In this document: in pieces, positions 52,601 through 64,000 of the stretch
How the letters are laid out: each line of letters opens with the position of its first letter
How positions within the stretch are numbered: position 1 is the first letter of the stretch
DNA from: Eledone cirrhosa
Lineage: Eukaryota
NCBI GenBank assembly: GCA_964016885.1
Contig: OZ024745.1
Span: forward strand, 104,718,001 to 104,782,000
Direction of reading: 5' to 3'
Length of the DNA: 64,000 nucleotides
The notes under the pieces: model-generated
Databases searched by the model: none
Seen by the model: the letters and a program-made list of their open reading frames with translations, nothing else
What the model was told of the DNA's origin: nothing
Program-made: the position numbers and the translations under genes

Positions 52601-53435
52601 ATATGACCAGTCACATGATATCATCAAACAGTATCTTATGTAATAAGGTAACGTTTCTAAGGCAATCCAATCCAAGGGAACGAACAGAAATGATATTTTC
52701 ATAGCCGAAAATGGATTTCAGCAAGACATTTCATTTCATGATTGTTTTCATGATAGAACTGAGATACCTATCATTAAAACACCCAAGAAACCTTTTATGA
52801 GATACAACCTTGTAGGAGGTCAGCAAGAGCTGTACATTTTCCTTTCACATTTTAATGAGTGCAGTCCAATAACTGAGACCAGAATAAAAGTAATGAACAT
52901 ACGAAGGATGCAACATTGATTTTGTTGCTTAACCCTTTAGCATTTACATTACTCTATATTTACTATTATATTTTCATGGTAAAGGCTTTATCTCACATAG
53001 TTTCAAATCTATAAGATTTGATATTATTTATTTTGAGAAAAATACCTTAACATAAGTATGAGCAGCCAGTTATCGCCGGTTTGTAGAGAAAGAGGTTAGA
53101 GAATTCTGGCCAGATATGGCCAGTTTAAATGTTAAAGCATGGGTTCAAACTCAACTTCTGGCATTATGTTTTTAGCCACCAAATGCTATTTTGTTAGTTT
53201 CAGTCAATCCACGTGAAAATAGATATTACTCACTTTTGCACACTTAGCGTTTGCAAAAATATTAATTTTCTTTATGTTGCAATTTCAATTTATGCATAAG
53301 CATCCATAGACAAAATAAAGCTTATATATATATATATATATACAATATATAGGTGTGTGTATATATATATATATATGTATTATCTTCATTACCATCATTA
53401 TCATCTAATATATGCATACATACATACACATGCAT

Positions 53436-53483
<48 letters not shown>

Positions 53484-53606
53484 GCAAATATATATGCATA
53501 GATACATATATGCACACACACACACACAAATATATATATATGCATATGTACACACACACACACATATATATGCATATATATATATGCATATATATATATG
53601 TATATA

Positions 53607-53676
<70 letters not shown>

Positions 53677-56600
53677 TATGTACACACACACACATCATCA
53701 TGTATGTTTATATAAATATATACACAACCAGTTATACATGCATGTACAACACTCCTAAAAAAGAAATCACTGCACAACTGGTTATGTGAATGTTTGGGTC
53801 AATGACCAAATGTTGTTATTAAACTAAAAGATATCTATCATGTAAGGGTATTTATTATTATTATTGTTATTTGTTTGTTTGTTGTTTCCATTAAAGAAAT
53901 CAACATATCAAAAGAGCCTTTCTTTTGTTAGTTTTTGATATATCAATAAAAGGGAATCAATAAATCCTAGTCGTAACTAAATGTAACATTAGTGGGTTTT
54001 TTGTTCTTTTTATTTCTGAACTTTTCACATGGCTAACCCATCACAGGTTCATAATTCCTCTGAAAAGAATAACATATTGGCGCTCATATAAAGTTCTAAA
54101 GATTTTTCCTACTATTATCGTTACTAATGTTGTTGTTGTTGTTATCATCATCATCATTGTCATTATTATTATTATTAAATGTATTTTTTTCCAGTCAAAG
54201 TATTTTCATTATAAAGATTAAATGAAACTCCCAAGGGTGGGGAATAAATCTATTATCAAAATATTCAATATTTTCCCAAATCCATTTTTATGTTGAGTGA
54301 TTGCAAAAAGTTTTAATTAATATTGAAAAAAAAGAGAAAAGATAAAGGAAGTGTAATTCCGTTGTCTATAAGATTAATGGCTAGGATAAGATAATACTTA
54401 TTGTGATCATGCTCTCAGATTCAATAGGATTGTATTCTATCAAAGCATATTTCAATTGATAATATATTTTTTATTGCTAAATATATTTTTTACATTGCTT
54501 TATGTGACTTCATGACATATTGAGAAACAGTTTATTACAATTTGGTTGTTTTCTAGGCTAAGGTAATGATTTACGAGGCTCAGCTCAAATGCTGATAGGC
54601 TGACCAAGATACTCTCATGGAATGACCAAATTTTTCAACATAGTCACTGGAAAGAAACAATGCAATTATTAATAAAGAAGAGTTGAAATTATTGCATGCA
54701 TGATTTCACAGCTTTAGTATCACTCCTTCATAATCAGCCTATGAACTTTTCAGCCTACCCTGGTATGATTATAAGCCCTCTAGCAATGACCATCACCTAT
54801 AAGCTATCAAAGTAGGTTTAAGCTTATGGATACCAAACTACCTGAAACCACTTCTGGTTCTACAATATATATCTGTTTGTTTAAAGTGTTTATATTTATC
54901 TAAAAACCTTCCATCATAATTTTCTGTAAGAACCTTTAAGTTAATCTCCAGATACTAATTTCATAATTCTTGATTATTTTCAAAATTAATTGAAAATCAT
55001 AGGCAGTGTCTTTCATCTGACATGTGCTAATGAAAGGGTTAAAACTGACATGTTTTCATTGCTAGATATTGAGAAAGGAAGTTTATTAGAACTCTGTTGC
55101 TGTTTAGACGAAGGTCATTTATAATCAAAAAGGCTTCATCCATTACCATGATACCCCCCCCCCCCTCCATTTTCTTTTTTGCAGGCATGGTGCATTCAAG
55201 ATTATATTATCCATGCCTTTACTTTTTTGTTAAGATGGCAAGATGTGGTTTGAGGAAGATTTGGCTCTTATTCTTCTATTATTCTTCTATTATTCTTCTA
55301 TTATTCTTCTATTATTCTTCTATTATTGACAATGAAGATACTGCTTTGATGGCTTGTAACTCTTTTTGTTAGAATATGTATGACCTTCAGCATTTATAAC
55401 TCTACTAAACTACTGTTCCATGTTAACAAAATAGGAAGGAACCTCTTTGTTGTCACTCAACTTGCTAGAAATAGCCAGAAGGTCTCCTTTAAATCATACC
55501 CAGCTGTCCTAAGTAAAAATAAAAACCAAAACAGAAGACATTTGTTTATGTAATCTTCAAAATACTGTGTCTGGAAAAAAAGATGGGATAGTCAAGTTTG
55601 GATTGCCACTCATTCTAGGCTAGCTCAGTCAGGTTGGCATATGGCTAAACAACAGCAGTAACAGATGATAGACTTTTCTTATACAATATAGCTTATTGAA
55701 ACAATCCATTTCTTTATACCTTTGCCACAAACAACAAATAAATGTAACAAAACTTTAATGAATTGAAGTATTTTATAGAAAACTGGTGACTTCAAAGTGA
55801 TCACCCATTGGCTAGAAATAGCAGCTAAATCCTCCTGAAATCATGCCATACTCTCTTAATAAGTAGAGGAAACATGTATGAAATATAATGCCCTAGATAC
55901 ATGATGAGTAAAACAAATACTGCATGGTCATGGCTGTAACATCATTTGATCATAGGTCTGCTTGATCAGGGTTGATCTGGGGCTAAATAAATACAAAAAC
56001 TGAAATTGTTTAGGGTGATTAAAACAGATATAAGAATTTACAAATGATTTAAGTAAATAAAATCAGAATGTATAAATCCTTGGATATTTCTCAGACGAAT
56101 CGAAAATACAGTAAATCCTGTTAGAATGTTCTTTTATGTTTGTTTTGAAATTCTTTAATGGATGGTATTAAGTTGCCTGGTTTGTTTGAAGATCAGTGAT
56201 TCTTCCCCATATAGAAGACAAAAAGAAGGTAGTTGTTTAATATTAGAAGATGAAGAGAAGCTAATGACAGATATAAAAGATTAAATATTACATATGACTC
56301 TACCAGAGAGAAAATAGAAACAATAGGATCAAGACAAAAGAAAGCTAAATTAAACAATATTGAAGAAGCAATTGAGAATAATTCTATAACGGGACTAAAA
56401 GGATTTTTAAAAGAGTTTGTTGAACTCCAGGAAATTCTTAAAACAAAGAATAACAAAAATGTGCTCTTAAAAACAATGAAGCATAATTATTGAAAGTTTC
56501 TGATTAATATAATCAAACCAGTGAAAACTTGGCTATCAATGAAATGTTTTCCATTCAGACATAAAAACTTATATATGAACAATGAGAATCTAAAGAGGTA

Positions 56601-56779
56601 ACTTTAATTAAAGAAACAGCTTTGACAGCACTAAATCAAGTAAAAAATATGTAATGATCATTGATGGTGCAACAAATCAACAATTTAGCTTAGAGCTCTT
56701 ACAAGTTTTCACAAGAATCTATTTCTATATTAAATATTAGAAATATGTTAAATCTAAATTGTTGACCAGAATAAGGATC

Positions 56780-57425
56780 AGAAATTTGGATATGAACATT
56801 CAAAGAAGCCTGCACAGTGTAGTCTACATGTGAATGGAGTTCCAGTGAAGCAGGTGAAGAAGTTCAAGTGTCTCGGAGCTGTGTTCACGAGTGATGGAAG
56901 GCAGGAGGCTGAATTAAGTGCAAGAATTGCAGGAGTTGGTGCAGTAATGTGCCAATTTCAGCATGCAGTAATCAGAAGAAAAGAAGTAGGCGTAAAAGCT
57001 AACTTGCTTTCTTCAACTTGGTATTCGTGCCAATTTGGTATTCGTGCTAACCCTTACCTATGGTGATGAAGCTTGGGTAATGGCTGAAAGAATACAATCG
57101 CGAATACAAGTGGCCAAAGGGTGTTTGGAATAACTCAGGTTAAGTTGCTACTTCTCTGAATTGAGAGATCACAGCTCCGATACTATGGGCAGTGGCTTAG
57201 AATGTCTAAGGAAAGAGTCGCTGGACAGATTTTACAGACAAAACCAACTGGCAGGAGACCCAGAGGTAGACCTCGAGGAAGATGGTTGATAAGATACATG
57301 AGCTTGGCTGGTCTTGTTTAGGGACCAGTTAGAGACAGCTGCTTCTGACAGGACTTTCTGGAGGGAGTGTTTGAGGACTCTGCTCCTCATGACCCTTTTA
57401 CGGATAAGTAGGCGAAGAAGAAGAA
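56780..57425 (+). mobile_element. Degraded RTE 3' fragment
   Basis: QVKKFKCLGAVFTSDGR and GRRPRGRPRGRW, with a (GAA)n tail. The same family end appears at 13395-13530(-). Confidence 0.82.
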
Positions 57426-57670
57426 CTCATAATGAACTCATGATTGATTTTGCTGATGTTGAAACATCTGCCGTGAACAAACAATGTCTTCATAGAGAAA
57501 ATGATCTGAACTTCATTAAGCAATGTTATGTTTTTAAAAGGACAGCTTTTTATATTGGTATCAAGAGAAATATGGTTAGAAACCAATTATATTACTCCTC
57601 ATTATAATATATATATATATATATATAACGATATTAAACAAATGGAAACTATATTTATAAAACCATATTT

Positions 57671-57734
57671 ATTTCGTTATATATATTTCTGGGATATCAT
57701 ATTAAAAATATGTTATGCCTTCCTCAGACAAAAT
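57671..57734 (-). ncRNA. Hammerhead ribozyme at the PLE 3' end
   Basis: Minus strand reads ATTTTGT-CTGAGGA-AGGCATAACATATTTTTAATATGATATCCCA-GAAA-TATATA-TA-ACGAAAT, on the same strand as the ORF. Confidence 0.8.
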
Positions 57735-58245
57735 ACAATACATAAGCTGTTTTATAAATAATTAGTGACATACCTTGTGAGAATGCAATTTCCTTTTAAA
57801 AAAGTTGATTTGGTAGTGAAACTGTTATGATAGTTATATAGAAAGAAAACGAAGATGAGAAGAAGAAGGTGAAGAGATGTATGTAAATAAAAAAGAAGAA
57901 GATGAAGAGATGTATGCAAAGAGAAAAGAGATGTATGTAAAGAAAAACAACGGAGCGAGATAGAGAGACAAGGATAGAGAGAAATACATTGATGGTGAAA
58001 AAAAAACATAGTAGGCTGCATTTTGACAGATGATCATCGTATATGTGAGAGGTTAAGGGAAGGGATACAGTTAGATTAGTGTATAGGAGAAAAAGAAAGA
58101 AAGATGATATTTAAAATATATTAAAAATATATTATGTCTCATCCATTTGAATTATCAATTTTTATGAATTAGGCACTATAATGTAAATACCAGTATTCAT
58201 GAATGAGACACATATCTATAATGTGTAAAAAAAAAAAATATCTAT

Positions 58246-58279
<34 letters not shown>

Positions 58280-59017
58280 TGACCACATACTCAGTTTAAA
58301 AATTCTTAGGTCTATAAGCAAAATCTGAGACAAAACTTCAAACATAAGTATATATGCATTCTCGTGAAAAATGAGAAAAGAGAAGGTTATCTCAAATTCA
58401 AGTTGATAAATAAAGACGCACATGTGAACCTAGGTGATACGCTGCACTGATTCTTATATTTCATGAAAAACTTCAATGTGTCAGAAAAGAAAAACTTCAA
58501 TGCGTTAGAAGAGATTCCACCCTACATACATTTACATACATATATACATATATATAGACACAAAACATATAAGATATACATTAACATCTAAAACAATCAT
58601 CGATCAAGCATAGAGTAGACAACAGATATCAATATTAAAATTAAAACGCCAAGAATATCTTCGTCACTCCACAGAGTATCTAGGGACGCAAGAGAACATA
58701 GTATGCCACGCATATCGGTCATAGAATCAGAGTCAAAAGCAAACAAGACCAAAATTGCTCACCAAGAAATCATTCAAAACTTATTCTACATTCAAAACTT
58801 ATTCTACAAATGCTCTTATATTTATTATAGAAGTTTATCCAGCTTAAAAATGTATTCAAAAGATTGGGACCAACGCCAATTTTAGGGTAGTTTATTTAAT
58901 CTCATTAATTATATATTCATGCGGAAAGGTTTTTAAAAAAAATTAAAGGAATCGAAAGATTTATCGCCAAGTATCACAAATAGTCAAATACCTTAAGTAA
59001 ATATACTACATTTTATA

Positions 59018-60237
59018 CTACATTTTAAATTTATATTTATATTTAAATGTTGAGTTCAATCTATGTCTGCAACAGCTGAATAAATTGGTTCGTAAATTAA
59101 GGGAATTTTTAGATTTTAATATAAAGAATATCTCCTCCGCGCAGAGGTCACAAGTCTCAGAAGAGGAATTAAAAGGAATCCCTTTTGAGACTATATTCCA
59201 AACCATCGAATATCCAACTTTATCATGCTTAAGTTGCCAGAGAAGCCCTGACAGCGATGTTGATGATTTTTTATTTGGATCCGTGAAAGAATTTTTGTGA
59301 TTATTATAGCGAAGTTTAAATTCTGTCGAGGTGGAACCAACATAATTAAAAGAATTTAAATCAGTTCTAACATTACAGTTGTATATTATATTTTTAACTA
59401 AGCAATTGTTATTTAGTGGACATTTAGATCTATCTCTACAGTTACAGTTTTTTAGTTGAATATTGTTTAGGCTATTTTCGGTATTTTGGCTAGGTTTTAG
59501 ATTCCTATTATTTATTCTATTAATATTTTGTGCTAAATTTTTGGTGGACGAGTACGTTAATTTTATAGTATGTCTATTAAAAATTGAGTGATACTTATGT
59601 GTTCTAGGGAAGCGTTTGTCAAGAGCATTAAAAAATAGTTTAGCGATGTGGGTTTTAATGTTTAGTGAGAAGGGGGGGGGGGCAAACCATATTATATTTC
59701 TAGTTCTATTTCTTTTCTGGTTTTTGAAATTATTGTAGTGCTTTCTATTATAGTTGTTAAAGTTGTTACTGTAATTAAAATTGTTGTTATTTTGGTTACT
59801 TTGTCTATTATCGATGTACATAATTTTATCACTATATCCTGCTCTAGCTAAAGCATCATTATAATATTGGGCTTTTTCGTCAAAAATATTTTTATTGGAA
59901 GAGATTCTAGAGATACGTTTTTGAACAGAGTTTACTATAGTATTTTTGACAGATCTGGGGTGATTGGAGCTAAAATTGACATAATTCAAGTTTTCATTTA
60001 ACTTGTGAAATGGATAGTGAAGACATGTGTTGAGATTAAATGTTACGTCTAGGAAATTGACTATTCTATGGTTATTCTCAATTTCTATTTTTAGATTAAG
60101 GTAATTAAAAAATTGTATAATTTGTTTTCTTTTCTTATTTAGTTCAGAGTTATTATTTTCAATAAGTAAAAGCATGTCATCTCTATATAAACCTCCGGTA
60201 ACACCGGGTATTTTCCTATGCAGCGAATTAATTATAA
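59018..60237 (-). CDS. PLE polyprotein C-terminal part: RT (YRDD, thumb) + GIY-YIG endonuclease; 5'-truncated
   Basis: GLYRDD, VNFLDVTFNL, SNHP, CNCRDRSKCPLNNNCLVKNIIY..YVGST..FKLRYNNH, CDLCAEE and SCCRH; about 405 codons without a stop. Confidence 0.92.
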
Positions 60238-60407
60238 ATATTTTTAATATGATATCCCAGAAATATATATAACGAAATAAATATGGTTTTATAAATATAG
60301 TTTCCATTTGTTTAATATCGTAAACCTACTCCAGAAACTGTCGAGTGCTTTTATATCAGTTATAAAATATTTACTCGTTGTAACCCAACAATCTTAAATA
60401 AAACTTT

Positions 60408-60441
<34 letters not shown>

Positions 60442-60880
60442 CATCATCATCATCAACATCATCGTTTAACGTCCATCTTCGATGCTAGCATGGGTTGGAT
60501 TGATTTGTCCCACTTGAGGCAAGATTGGTCGGGTGACTGTGTCTCGCTCGTATAGAACTGTTTCTGGCAGGTTTTCTACAGTTTCATGCCCTTCCTAACA
60601 CTAACCACATTTGCAGTGTGGACTGGGAGCCTTTTTACCATGTCTCCTACACGACCACTTTACAGTGTGGACTGGGTGCTTTTTGTTGTGTCACCTACAC
60701 GACCACTTTACAGTGAGAAGGAGAGAGAGTGAGTGAGAGAGAGAATCTGTGGTGCAGAGGAGTTATAGAGATAGGTAAAATCCTGACCGTGGTGCCAGAC
60801 ACTTATCCTTGGTGGTGCTAAGGAAAGGCATTGGCCAAAATTCTTTGAGAGATAATCTTGTTTTTCACTTTTTCATAAAT

Positions 60881-61230
60881 ATCATCATCATTGTTTAACA
60901 TCAACTTTTCATGTTTGCATTGATTAGACAGGTTGTCACATTATGAGATAAGTTTAGTCAGGTGAACATGTCTTGCTCATACAGATCTGCTTTAGGCTTG
61001 GTTTCTACAGCTGGATGCCCTTCCTAACACCAATCATACTACAGAATGGACTAAGTGTTTTTTATTGTGGTATCAAAACGATCCTTTTAAAAGGGTGGAT
61101 TGGATGCTTTTTGTCATGTCAGCAGCATACAACCATACAGGGTGGACTGGGTGCTTTTTGTCGTGTCACCAGCATAACCACCTTACAGGGTGGACTAGGT
61201 TCTTTTTTTGTCATGTCACATAACACGAGA
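60881..61230 (-). mobile_element. RTE-tailed SINE-like element; unexpanded homolog of the 14.2-18.1 kb element
   Basis: Single copy of ACAGGTTGTCAC.TTATGAGATAAGTTTAGTCAGG followed by TCTTGCTCATAC and ~4 GGTGGACTGGGTGC-type repeats. Confidence 0.75.
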
Positions 61231-61924
61231 ATATCAATTTAAAATGTTTTTTTTTTCTTCTGGTAGTGCAATTACAGTATTTCAAAAACAACATTGAGAT
61301 GCTGGAAAAAGATTTTAATGAATTGAATGCATTGCCTCGTTGGTGTCAATTACATTGCATTCATGTATTTACAAGGTATTCTTATGAAATAAATGTCATA
61401 TCATGATAGCATTTTTTGTGAAAAAATAATCTTGGCATGATCATTTATTAAAACCTGTATGCAGTTCCAAAATCTCTATTATGCAGGCATTTAGCAGGTT
61501 TCGTGAAGAATTTCAAAACAATTCTTTGAATAATAAACATCATGTTGAAATTGATTGTCAAAAACACTTTTTAAAACCACACAGAAGCATCATTTTAGGA
61601 TTAGAATGGAATAGATGTCATTTAGTTTTGATAATGAGTGTTTGAGTTGTTTAATCAACAGAACAGCCTGCTCATGAAATTAAATAGTAAGTGGCTAAGC
61701 ATTCCATAGGCATATGTACTCTTAACGTAATTCTCAGGGAGATTTAGCATGACACTGTTTAACAAGGTTAGCTATTTTAGTTATAAGTACCGTCCAACTG
61801 ATAGACTTTCAAACAGTTTGCATCTTCACAGTTTTAATGGCAAGGCACAGGTTGACCTAAAACTATGGTAAAAGACACTTACTTGCCCAAGGTGCATTGA
61901 AGTGGGATCAAATTCCAAAGCATC

Positions 61925-62490
61925 GCTTGGATGCTGCAGGCTTCACCTCGCTGGCTCAAGCTGGACTGAGGGGACGACAAAAGTCCAGATGGCATGACCA
62001 TTTTCCTATTCCACAGTGGTAAATCTCTTGCCTGGAATGCCACATGCAGCGACACAATCTTCAGCGGCAACATGGTACACTCTACAACTAACCCAGGCTC
62101 TGCTGTACTTCGGGCCGAGGAGGGTAAACTCGCTAAATATCGGTCGCTCTCTGACAGGTTTGTGGTCGAGCCTGTAGCAGTGGAGACATCTGGTGTCCTT
62201 GGTCCTAGAGCCACTTCCCTGCTCACCACCATTAGCACAGTGTTGGCTACCTACAGGTATGAGCTTCATGAGCTGGAATGGTTCTTCCAGCGCATCTCAC
62301 TCACCTTCCTCTGGGGAAATGCCTTCTCTAATCTGTCTGCCAGAGCCGCAGGGCGGCCAGCGTGTGGGCCCCCATTTGTTCACAATAGTGAGAGATGGGG
62401 AGAGTGGGAGAGATGGGTACAGTGTCAGTGGGGGTTTGGTCCTTTATGTGTTCGGACCTGGTGTTTATATGTTTATATAAGAGAGAATAA
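61925..62490 (+). mobile_element. CRE-clade non-LTR retrotransposon 3' fragment (restriction-like endonuclease)
   Basis: KSPDGMT..GKSLAWNATCSDT..AEEGKLAKY..PVAVETSG..QRIS....GNA matches the PD..D RLE domain pattern of CRE elements. Confidence 0.8.
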
Positions 62491-64000
62491 GACTGTTTAT
62501 TTTCATAATGTTTTTCCAAGATGATTACAACCACTGGTGGACATCGCTGGTGCCTATGTAGAATTTAAAGACAGTACTGTACTTCTACCACTATACTGTT
62601 CAAAATGAAATATGTTTTATGATAATCTAATGATTGTGCAGCAAACTTCTTACCATTTCAACCTTATTGCAGGCACATTTTGGTATTTCATATCATCAAT
62701 CATTAGATTCTTGTAGAAAATAGACAAAAGAACCAACTAAATTTCTTGCAGTATGATGTCAGACTTTTGTTGTTCCATTGGTTTCACTCTTTGGGCGGCA
62801 TCCCTGCTGGGGAACTGTTATGAAAGGATTTAGTCACTCATATTGACCTTAGTATTTGTCTCGTACTTATTTTATCAATCTTATAAGGGACAAAATGGCT
62901 CAGTAAATTTTGATGTAAAGTAGTGTAACTCAGACTAAATACCACAAGTTTTTTTTTTTTTGCTTGCTGCATTAATTTTTATTTGACTATCCTGCACCAA
63001 CACACACACACACACACGCACACATTTACACATGTAATTTTGTGTGATTACATTTGATGTGTGAAGAGAGAGGCAATTTGAAAGATCAATGAATGTGAGT
63101 GCTGAAATATCAATATGTATCTATTCTCTAGAGTTATTTTACTTGATCAAGATCTCTACTAAGTTTTTTACTCCTAGAATATGTTTGCAGGTCAATAATA
63201 AATTCTATTCTAAAATTTATAGTTCAATAATCACAATGAGGAATTGAAAGTTTAATTACCTTGTATACTAGAATCTAAGTCGACCCCTTAAAATCCAAAC
63301 CCCGTGTATAAGCTGAGGCAGCTAATCAATACATTGTGTTTAGATGGCATGATTTTGACATTCTCATGATTTGAAAATGTATTTATGAAGTTTTAATATT
63401 TTAATATTTAAAATGTTTTACATGTCGTTTAGAGTAGAGTTTTTCTTGCACAACTCCATTACGTAAAGATTTTTTAATCAATTTCTGACCGTTTTCAAGG
63501 CCATACTCATTCAAAACATAAAAACAAGAAAAAAAACAAAGTGAAAGCAGTGTAATATTCACTTCCAATTCTTTAGCATCTCTAGAAATTTTGTTTCTTT
63601 TACTTTCTATGGTTTTCCCTAATAAAATATAAATCAGACACAATGAATAGATCTGATTGCTCATGAAAACAGAGTTCCCTGTAGGAGTTATGAATGTTAT
63701 TCAATGTGTATACGTTTGATATGTGAAGAGAGCGAGCAGTTTGAAACATTTTCATCTTCTTTTACTCAGCTAAAATCTTTGAACTTTTTTCCTTATAGAA
63801 ACGTTTACTTACTATAGCGATACCCCTCCCCATCCCAATAAAAAAGTAATACATTTATGAAGTATAACACATAGTTTTATCAGGATGCACTTATATGGAG
63901 AAAACAAACCTTACAACTTCTTGGTTGAGATTAAATAAATTATAGTAAAGTATATTCAATATATCTGAGAAAACTGGAACTAGAAAAGAAACATTTTTCA

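Larger units (their letters stand above)
57628..60410 (-). mobile_element. Young 5'-truncated Naiad-type Penelope-like element with inverted terminal arms
   Basis: Identical 84-bp inverted repeats at 57628-57711 and 60238-60321, an 89-nt tail at 60322-60410, an open RT/EN frame, a 3' HHR, and (TA)n on both sides. Confidence 0.93.

Noticed and set aside
56250-56495. ~80-codon stop-free stretch (REANDRYKRL...)
   Set aside because: No start codon or compatible splice acceptor, an in-frame TGA just upstream, and no recognisable domain.
59018-60237. Selenoprotein/SECIS, reported for some Naiad PLEs
   Set aside because: The conserved Cys positions are ordinary Cys codons here and at 45.9 kb. There is no in-frame TGA and no convincing SECIS.
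60238-60307. N-terminal [23 protein letters not shown] of the 429-aa ORF
   Set aside because: It is the antisense reading of the inverted terminal arm fused by chance to a truncated RT, not the true start.

Overview
AT-rich, repeat-saturated eukaryotic (animal) genomic DNA. It is most likely a cephalopod such as octopus; this is inferred from the SINE, RTE and microsatellite content and not proven. I found no intact host protein-coding exon. A CpG-richer stretch at about 19-21 kb may hold two divergent non-coding first exons. The rest is tRNA-derived SINEs, RTE-clade LINE fragments (one near full length), DNA-transposon MITEs, a CRE-clade fragment, mini- and microsatellites, and many Penelope-like retroelement (PLE, Naiad-type) pieces embedded in (TA)n. 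The main signal is about 10 hammerhead-ribozyme (HHR) motifs from several PLE families. Four insertions share one asymmetric fold-back architecture: inverted arms carrying the HHR end, one arm stopping at a fixed point and the other carrying an extra tail of about 60-90 nt. One of these is a young element with an open RT/GIY-YIG frame (57.6-60.4 kb); the others are non-coding palindromes. A densely structured GC-rich domain of about 250 nt lies just upstream of one HHR. All pairings and motif calls were made by eye, and many boundaries are approximate.
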